This document shows, piece after piece, positions 54,599 to 64,000 of a DNA stretch of 64,000 bases (position 1 is its first letter; each line of letters starts with the position of its first letter). Below the pieces are notes generated by a model. The model saw only the letters and a program-made list of their open reading frames with translations, did not search any database and was not told the DNA's origin. The position numbers were made by a program, and so were the translations under genes. This stretch comes from Antedon mediterranea (Eukaryota; Animalia; Echinodermata), in NCBI RefSeq assembly GCF_964355755.1, contig NC_092674.1, positions 18,228,001 to 18,292,000 of the forward strand, read 5' to 3'.

Positions 54599-56528
54599 CT
54601 GTAAAAAACATAGGACTGTAGGAAAGAACTATATAAAAACTGTTTTGCAGTACAACAAAGGTCTAGTACAAAATAACATCTAAATTTTCCAATTATGTTA
54701 CAGTAATAATGTACAGTACCTAAGAAAGGTATTAAAACTTCAATGTATATAATTATAAGACCTTTACAGTACAGATATTATTATTACTGATGCAACATTT
54801 GAATGCATAGACTTGTAAAATCTTGTAGCACCCACATAGAGCTCTGCCTTAGCAATGTTTGCTACGCGTAGTCTATGACATCGAATTTTAGGAAATTAAT
54901 CCCATTTTCAGTAAATGAAAACAAAATCGAGCCAGTTAAGATGAGCACTGTGGTTGATTATCATTTACAATCATTCTAAGTACCAATGTGTGTGTATGAT
55001 ACGTCTGAACTTTAATGTTTATGTTTTGTTTACTACAATTTAATGAACCATCTAGACTTTATTATGTTTATATGCCAATAGGTATTTAAATTTTTGTCTG
55101 AAAATTACAGACTTGTAAAACATAGAAATTGATTTGCAGACGGCAAACATCAGATAAAAGAATGATGTAGGTTATCATACCGTATTTGGCAAATTGTAAA
55201 TGTAAATATTGATTTTTGGTTTCAAAAGAGTACAGTATGTATGAGTAAGAAACTGCTGAGACAACTATTTTCTTGGGTTGAATTATATATTGGGGTATGG
55301 TTATTATCGCGACGGTGTTGCCGAGTTTTGTGTTAAACATTATTACAGGTCTAACCTAGCCCTATATGAACAAACTGCCAAATAAGACCCCAATGGGTAA
55401 ATACCACCAGCAGCTAGCATCAGCTACAACTAAGCAGCCAGGTAGGGAATAATCTCGATTTATTATACGCTAATTTGATAACCTTAATTTAAAAAGAAAA
55501 ATCATTTAAAATACATACATTACTGTGATTGTTTAATACTGAACACAACTCTTATTAGTATAATGTACACACGGATGTGACCAGCATGTCATGAGTGGTG
55601 GTCGAGCACCCCCCGCCCCTGACAGAGGACCAAGTTGTAAATTACTCGGAAACATTATTAATAGTACATATTATTAATAATTTATTAATTGTTTTCTTCG
55701 TGGTGTTTTTTATCTACTCGACGGCGAATATATAAATAGAAATTGACCACGGTAGAGGCATTATGGCACCACACGGTGAACCTCAATGAACTAGTATGTG
55801 GCTTAGGCCAACTTCTTAAATAAAACGTCCAGTCGATCCAGAAATGATGTCGACAAAAAAAGATTGTTAAGATTCTAAATATAGTATCGGAATATCGTTT
55901 ACCTAGAGTTTGTGTCATGACATAAAACGCAATACTCTCTATAAATTAACTGTTCCCATCCACATGTAGCAAATGTTCTTTTTCACTCAAAATTCTGGGT
56001 TAGCTACAGAATACTAGAGCCATCTTCTTTACAGTGACATGTCGTAATAATTGTATACAGTAATTCGCAAAGCCAAGGTAGGATTAATAGCGTAAGCCTA
56101 GGCCGCCGAAACTAAGACTCCACTCCGATGTCGATTCGGCCTGGCCACGATGTCATCTCGTCCGGCTAAATTAGGCTAACAACCAAAACGTGTCGTCTCC
56201 TAGCCTAGGTAGGATTTTTAGGTGCCGCCGATTTTAATTAGTGAACAGTACATTGTTAATTTGCATTGTCCATGCTTTTCCTAAAGGCGATGACAATGGT
56301 GTTTATTAACCCTACAATCGACGCGTTGACAATTATAATAACAATACATCGTAATAAAAGGTTACGAACAATAGGCTACGACCTACATGCGTAAATATAG
56401 TGGTGTTTGGCGACATAAAAATGGTGGTCGGAAATTCCGAGTGGTGGACGGGGCCGACCATCCCTGGTACATGAAAATAATTTAAGATTGTTTCATTTCT
56501 CCCATCGATTTGGTTTGTCATGATATTA

Positions 56529-59527
56529 GGGGTATTGCTAAACACTGCAAACCCCAGCTAACCTCCAAAAAAGCAAACCTCATCAAACCAACTTAAAAGT
56601 TACTGAATTGTGTAGTGTACTACACACCTAATATGTCAATTTGTTTTGCTAACTACTTATTGTTGGGGTAAAACACAAATTTTGGTTAAAAAGTAATTGC
56701 TGATGGTATCCCAATGAAGCGGATTTTCGCGATTTGAACATGTTCGTGAAATTTCAAAAAGTGACATGTCTTTTGAAGTTTAAAAAATATACTATTTCTT
56801 ACAGTATGTAGCCATGTGAATAAAACTTACTGTATATGTCTAGAAGGATCTTGTTTAAGGGTTTATTTATATATATTTTTTATCTATGCTTATTAAATAT
56901 TTTAATAGAAAACGCGAGTTAAAAAGGAGGTACAAAAGCCGGCGAGCCAAAATCCGCACGCTAAAAATAACTTGGGAAAACACCTACCCATTTTCAAAAC
57001 ACAATCGCACGGTGGCCATAATAGGTGGTGGAGTAATTTTTGTTGCATGTTATCAGGCTTTAAATACTTCTTATTATATGTCAATCGGTTATTATTATTA
57101 TTATGTACATCCGGCTCAAATGTCAATTTTTCCGATAAAAATTAAATTTTTTAGTCTTTCTCATTATCAAAATCTGGCTAATTTAGTATTGAATTGAAGC
57201 GTTAAATTATGGTTGGATACTCCCGCAGTGGACTGTTCCATTTTCGAAACTAGTCTTCCCTGCACGAGATTGACGAGTTCAAATCTAGTTATTATTATTA
57301 TTAGTTGGCCTTGTTCATTGAGGTGCACCTGTGTTGCATCGTATATCTACATTAAATCGTGGGAAATTTCTATTTCAATATTCGCTGTTGAGTAGGTAAA
57401 CACGCACGAAGGAAACAAGTACGATTAAAAAATATTATATATTTTTTAGTAATTTACAACTTGGTCCCCCGCCAGTCAAAATTAACACATTCATTATGAC
57501 ACCTTGTTACTTAACTAAGAACATCGCAGGGTTATTTATTAAGGTTACGAACTTATTTATTGAAGTTCAGAACGTAGCTCATTGAAAGTTGTTTATTGAG
57601 GTTACGAAGCCAAACAATGGAACCTACGAAGCCAACAACGTAGCCTATGTTCTATCTACGAAGCTACTGTACTTCGTAGGAGAAGTTGCAGTATTTTCTT
57701 TCTGTACTGTATGCGTATTTCATTTAAACGGGCATGACGCAATTTTAAAATGAAACATCGTTCATTACATTAGTAAATAAAACATAGTTCAGACAGATCC
57801 ATGCATGATACACACACGTGGGTACAGCAGCTACATGGCGAAAACTGTCGTATCAAGCTGTCACCTCATATATTTATCCCCCGTTTGGAAATACTGTACT
57901 ATTCACAAAGTGACATTAATTCACATTTTCACGCATGCACAGTACATCGTATTTAACGCTTGTACACAGTATAGATTATCATACAGTACTATTTACTAGC
58001 TAGACGTACAGTACCACTTATTTTAAAATTTTGCATTTTTTGGCTTTTATATGAAATAGTAAATAGAGATATTAATACTGTCAAAATATTATATATGAGG
58101 ATACTATAGACCGCCACTCGCTTGCGATCAATTAGGTCTAGCATCAGCTAAATATTATATATGAGGATACTATAGACCGCCACTCGCTTGCGATCAATTA
58201 GGTCTAGCATCAGCTAAATATTATATATGAGGATACTATAGACCGCCACTCGCTTGCGATCAATTAGGTCTAGCATCAGCTAAATATTATATATGAGGAT
58301 ACTATAGACCGCCACTCGCTTGCGATCAATTAGGTCTAGCATCAGCTAAATTTCGGTTATTTTTACAATTTGCTCATGTTTTTTGTTGTGAACTGCTGAT
58401 CGGTCAAACTTTAATATATAATCATTGCGCTAAAAGCCCCAACCCTGTAAATGTTATTTCACTTTCAAATCTACGAAAACCGTTATTAGATGTTTTGGCC
58501 AGGCCTAGTAGTTATTATACAGTGATGTGATGTTGTTTGCTGCGAAAGGGGGTTCCCAGATTTGTTTGCAAGAAAAGTCGGAGATAATAGAAAACGCGAT
58601 GTTTTGTTTGAAGTGGCAAGACAAAGGGGGAAACCGTTTGCATGACACAAACACGCTACAACAACTTTGACTCTGTTTGGAAAGGCGTGTCGGGTTGAAT
58701 TCAGTTTCTCAACGTTTCGATAAATATGCTTTGATCGTCCTCATGAAACTCAACAGTTCTTTTCAGAACTAATATACATGGTGTACCGCAAACTTATATA
58801 AACATTTGATTTAGCCATGCAAACGTTCAAACAATAAATTTAAATAACTTTTTAATTGAAACAAAAAAAACAACAAGAAAACTTCCTTTTTAGTAATATA
58901 TAGTTGCATTATTTGTTTATACCCAATTTCTTGACTTTAAATTCATTGTATGTTTTAAAAACCAATTACATTTATTGCGAGTGACAGTAATTTGAGTGAC
59001 GGAACTTTTGTGTTAAAATGTCAATTATATTTAAAAAACTTAAGTAAGTTGAATTTTTTTATTATCCTATATTGATAAAGTATAGCAATTTTAAGATCCT
59101 TTGATTCAATTATTTTTAGTTTGAGGACACGTCCATGTGGGCGTGACCGTCGTGTGCACGTTCACTCAATCTAAAAGTCCTTATTAAGACAGGAATTATG
59201 AAAATACTGTTTAAAGAAAATTTTCTAAAAGCAAAAACCTAACATAAATCATAAAAAGTACATCTAATAAACATTTACTGTAACTAAAATATTTTAGTAT
59301 TTTTTTTTATTTAAAAAAAATATAGGTAATATTCAAATGTAATGTCCATGACATAAAATCACTGCACTTTCTTTCAATCTTTGACATGAAATAAATATAT
59401 TTCGAAGTACGGTATCAATAATTTTTTTTATTCATATAACTCAATGTATCTATTTTCTGAAAATGTCGGTGTTGAAAACAATTTTTAACATTTTTTAACC
59501 GATGTCGCAATTACTGTGGAATACCCC
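56529..59527. mobile_element. Probable non-autonomous DNA transposon (~3 kb) in ARGLU1 intron 2
   Basis: Short inverted ends GGGGTATT(G/C)C flanked by TA (or ATT); contains a dispersed-repeat copy and a 66-bp array. Confidence 0.45.
58084..58350. repeat. 66-bp tandem repeat, 4 identical copies
   Basis: Unit AAATATTATATATGAGGATACTATAGACCGCCACTCGCTTGCGATCAATTAGGTCTAGCATCAGCT. Confidence 0.97.
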
Positions 59528-59754
59528 TATTGGGCATACTAACTGTACATTTGTTGATATTTAAACATTGCATTATCATGGATCTAACTTGTTTAGGCGA
59601 TGAGTTAATTAAAATGCAACCTGTACGTGCAGACCACTTTACAAAGTTGCAATGCAGTATCTGTACTGTAAAGAAAAAAAGGTTTATTGTAAGGAAGAGT
59701 TAAATAAGGAAGAGTTGGTCAGAGCCGCCAAAAATCCACTGAAAACCTTATTAC

Positions 59755-59980
59755 CTCTTTTTTTTTCTGAGCTGCTAATTCTTCTTGTCGCTTTTTTTCC
59801 ATTTCTTCCATCATTATTCTTTCCATTTCCAGTTTAGCTTCTTCAACCCGCCTTAGAACCTCTGCCTCAATATCATCTTTTCTTTTCTCAAGCTCTTCTT
59901 GTACTCGCTTCTCAACCATTTCCTCAACTCGGCGTGCTACCTCTTCCTCAATTAGTTTTGCTTCCATCTCTTGTTGACGA
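59755..59980 (-). CDS. ARGLU1: ARGLU1 coding exon 2
   Basis: RQQEMEAKLIEEEVARRVEEMVEKRVQEELEKRKDDIEAEVLRRVEEAK...AAQKKKE; ttttaag acceptor, gtaata donor, 226 bp. Confidence 0.95.
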
Positions 59981-60301
59981 CTTAAAATATGAAAAAGCAT
60001 GGGTTTTATTTTAAATAAAAAAAGTTTATTCTTAGAACTGTACCTTACAATAAAAAATAATATATGTACATGTCAGTATACATAATACAGTAATGTAATC
60101 AGAAAATGGACCACCCAAAAAACGAATCACACACTACCAAATGTTATTTTAAAATCTCAGAAACCAAATTCCCTAATACGAATTAATTGATTTAATCCAA
60201 ACATATCACACAAATGTTAAGTTAACAATATGAAATAACAACTTTAATAATAACGTTGTATAGTAGTGTCACAATAATATTAAGTAGCCAAACCATAGTA
60301 T

Positions 60302-61526
60302 CAGGGATGTCACCACGCTGGTCGGCCCCGACCAGCACTCAACATTTCCGACCAGGATTCACAGGCTGCCGACCACCACTATTATTTATTAATAATTACG
60401 ATATTTATATTAGGCCTAGGCCTAACTAAAATTCGTACTAAAACATTTTACCTAGCACATCGTTAATAACAGACAAGCTAGCCTCATATAGATAAGACAA
60501 AAGACTACAGCAAATGTTTCCGTGGTTACGTACGTTACTTTATTTGTAACACAATACCAGGCCTACTCTGCCCTGGTATTCATTGTTACAGCTTGTGAGT
60601 CATGGCGAACAACAACGTGCTACGCAGCTAGCACAGTGTACAAGTTTAAAGTTCACATAGCGACCATTCAAGCGTTTTATTTTGCACAGATTAAAAATAC
60701 AAACAAGTACGCAGTAATTAAAAAAATGTACAACTACATAGACCTAAACAAAATCATTTTTAATTGCTGAATGTTTTGTCACCCTGCTTTAATTATATTA
60801 TGTTACTAGGTAGTTTTACATTTTTGTACTCTACGAACTATTAAAAAAAAATAAAAAAACATGCGCATGGTTCAGCAGTGAGACCGGGCAAGTTCGTTCG
60901 TTTATGATCGCCGAGCATGGTACAATAATTACACGTCCCTGGGATAACTTCAGGTTGCTGAACTTCAGTTAACCCATAAACACGTGTCTGTTCTTGCCGG
61001 CCATGCACTACATGCTTGCCGCACAGTTGTGAAACAAAAAATCCGGAATTCACGAATACGCTCAAAAACTCTCGCGCAAAAGAACACGAACATTATATCG
61101 AGCAACAAGTAGTAAGGTCTAGGCTAATAATTTATCTACAGTATTTGATTGGGGATTAGGCCTAAATAAGGAAGCGCCAGTTTTTGTGGAATTCAGATTT
61201 TGGGGCATCTATCTAAGCCTTGGCTAGGCCTAGTGGTCGTAGTGTCTACAAGGCTAGGCCTAAGCCTGACGCGATCTATTGCTATTCATTTCGTAAGCGT
61301 TTTTTTGTTTTCGCGAATAATAACGGCGACTCCCCGGTGGTACAAGGTTAGGCCTAGACCTGACGCAATTTGTTGTTATTTATTTTCATAATTCTTTATG
61401 TTTCGCTAAAATAACGACAAAACCCCCCCCCCCCCGGGATGAACACCGGGGTACACCCCCGGGGTACACCCCCGGGGGGGGGGTTATTTTAGCGACCGGC
61501 ACTCCAAAAAGCTGGTGACATCCCTG
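60302..61526. mobile_element. hAT-like non-autonomous element with 9-bp TSD
   Basis: 14-bp TIR CAGGGATGTCACCA; exact CCATAGTAT at 60293-60301 and 61527-61535. Confidence 0.85.
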
Positions 61527-64000
61527 CCATAGTATACATTATAATTTATACATACAGCACAGAAAGAAATTACTGCTTACTGCCTATGACTATGAGTAGG
61601 TAGATCGTAGGTGATTGTTCTCTGAACGTAGCCTACAGTATGATATATGAAGTATTGTTCATACAGTACCAGCGAGAATTCAAACGCAGCCGACGAGGCA
61701 TGAATACTTCCATTGAGCGTTGTGAAAGCCTACTGTATTAGGTCTACAAGTTCGAAAATAATATCAATAATTATATTGTATACCCGGAGGGTCAGTATGT
61801 TTTCATGCTGCTGCTTTAGCCAGCTATGTCCCAAAAGGACTACTCATTCAGAAGCTAAAGCAAGCAGCAGTTATAGTTCTAGAGGCAGACGTTTTTGGTA
61901 ATTTGTCAACTAGGACGAGTCATGCTAAAATTACAAACCCTAAAGCACGTCTGGGAGAACAGAGTCTATGAAAAAAATTTGATGATAATACAGTATTATA
62001 ATATAGATGCATGTAGACAGTAATCTGTAAAATCTTGTTCAATAAATAATGACTTTGTTCTTGCTGTCAACATAGGTCAGATTTATAAAAAACAAAAACA
62101 TTATTGGTATTTACAATGAGTTCCATTTGACTGTCAATCTAGACCGATATTATATTAGTTTGTCCGCTAACTCTCCAACTCTGGATTTTTGTTTTTATTT
62201 TTCATGGCCTGACTAGACTAGAATTGAAGCAATTAATGGACTCTCTAAATGATAAACATATATTTAGACCTACTATTAAATATTTTTATAAAGTGCCAAA
62301 TTCAAAATTGCTTCGTTCAATAAAAAAAAAGTAATTTGGTTGGTTATCAAGCCTTACTGTAAAGGAGGTGTTACTCTGATACAGTACCATACTGGATACA
62401 CTATGAGGTAATGAAGTAAATTCCTGCTTGATGAAAGCCAGCAGGCAGGTGAATCCCCTTTTAGGCGACTTGTTGCACGGCTACCATGAAGGAGCAGGGA
62501 ATCATTACTCTCTACTTGGGAAGAGTTTAAATCGACTTGAACTAGAGCAGGGGGATGATCATACTGTAGCTTATCTTGGTCATATAAAATGTAAAGATTT
62601 ATGGAGGTTTTGATTTGTAGGTCGCCAAACATTACAAAATTGTTAGTCGCCTGTTAATATCTAACCCTGTCTAACGTCATCACAAAGTTTCCTGCACATC
62701 TACAGTTTAAGGTCAATCTTCTGACAAAGGTATACGATGTTATGTCCACAAAAATTAGATACACATGCAATTGAATTTAAACCAATTCAAAACCGCATTA
62801 AAAAAGCACTGGTCTAACCACCCGTTAAAATACAGCCCATATAAGAAGAATATGTTCTGGTCACGAGGGGCACAGAAGCAATAATGCTTTAAGTCTCAAA
62901 ATCCAGGTAGATAGGTACAGTAGATAGTTTTACAGCGTTATCCCTATGTTTAGTGTCCTGCCTTTTTCAAACAAGGAAGGAGGAGGCCTTCCACCTCCCC
63001 CCACCCCCAAATATGTTTGTCATGCAATTTTCCCAAGAGACAGATTTGCTTCCGAGATGTACACGATGGATCATCTGTAGTGACTTTTTTTTTGCATAAA
63101 AACGAAAAATTTAATTTGCTAAAGAATTTACAATTTTGCAAAAAAAAATCGTTGACCTTTTGTAAATTTGACCCTAGCGTGGGTAGAGTAGGTACAGTAA
63201 TTAGGCCAAATAAAAAAACATACTTGTTAAGCGTCACCGCCCGCTCCTGATTATCCAGCCGCCTCTCTTCTTTTTTTTTCTCCAAATACGACAAAAAGTA
63301 AGACGGCTCGGCCCAGCCCCAGAGCAGGACTCGAAATTCACGCTAGCAAACTAGCATTTTGCTAGTAGTAGATTCTTCATAATTGCTAGTTGAAAATTTC
63401 AAAACTAGCAAATGCTAGTGTAATTTGTGTAAAAATACGTACTTTTTAGCTTAGCCAAGCTAGCCGCCGATCGCTATGTCGACAACGGCTAATAGGAACC
63501 AATTTGGTGAAAACAATTGTTTCATTTACACGCCGCCGATTTACGTCAAGGAAACGCAAATAGCACCGTAAATCATGTAATGTGGTAGCTTTTTCCCAAC
63601 ACATTAAATCATGTGCATTTAGTACGTCGCTGAGGATTACATCGTCAGTCACGTGATTACAGAATACACTATCTTTTATTTTATTCCATTCAGTAAAGAC
63701 AATACAAACATAACACGTGAAAGTGGAGCACTGAGGAGAGACAAAAGCTGTCAAAGACTACTACCAAAGGGTGTGCCTCTCCAACTCTAACATTCATACA
63801 GATGCACTAAAAACTAATTATTGTATTATATAAAATTGCAGTATAAAAATATTTAAAAAAAAATTATACAATAAATATGAATACAGGATTAATATTATAA
63901 TATACAGCATTTAAAATTACCCACTAATTAATCAAATCACTTTAGATTAAGTTACTACAATCATGAATTTGATTAAGGTGATTACTAAGCTTTCTCTTAA

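Noticed and set aside
58084-58350. 66-bp array with an internal TAGACC/GGTCTA hairpin as a CRISPR array
   Set aside because: Whole units are identical, so there are no spacers; eukaryotic intron with no cas genes.
62950-63294. Lys/Glu/Arg-rich ORF as ARGLU1 exon 1
   Set aside because: Lacks the RS-rich N-terminus and DIFGR-type motif; it lies next to a hAT-like end at 63325 and looks like TE debris. Exon 1 is probably beyond the window.

Overview
AT-rich, intron-rich animal genomic DNA; an invertebrate deuterostome such as an echinoderm is inferred from a Deu/Nin-domain SINE and vertebrate-like exon boundaries. Two host genes lie on the minus strand. ARGLU1 has coding exons 2-4 at 59755-59980, 53096-53179 and 48665-48826, with exon 1 beyond the window. 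TPP2 has coding exons 1-4 at 30763-30927, 20614-20742, 19644-19739 and 13847-13954, and continues past base 1. Most of the rest is nested mobile DNA: LINEs of the CR1/Rex1, L2/CR1 and RTE groups, a solo LTR, tRNA- and 5S-derived SINEs, many non-autonomous DNA transposons with readable TIRs and TSDs, a 2.3-kb foldback element, four minisatellites and an intronless kinase pseudogene. The main signal is in ARGLU1 intron 2. A candidate poison/decoy exon (54506-54598) carries an 18-nt segment complementary, on the sense strand with G-U pairs, to a segment 27-44 nt behind the exon 2 donor about 5.1 kb away. That pairing competes with a local hairpin, and a second stem covers the candidate exon's donor, suggesting an RNA-structure switch. 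A second signal is that TACAGTA/TACTGTA and TAGGCCTA motifs appear as insertions in alignable sequence and behave like transposon excision scars. All calls were made by eye, with no database searches.
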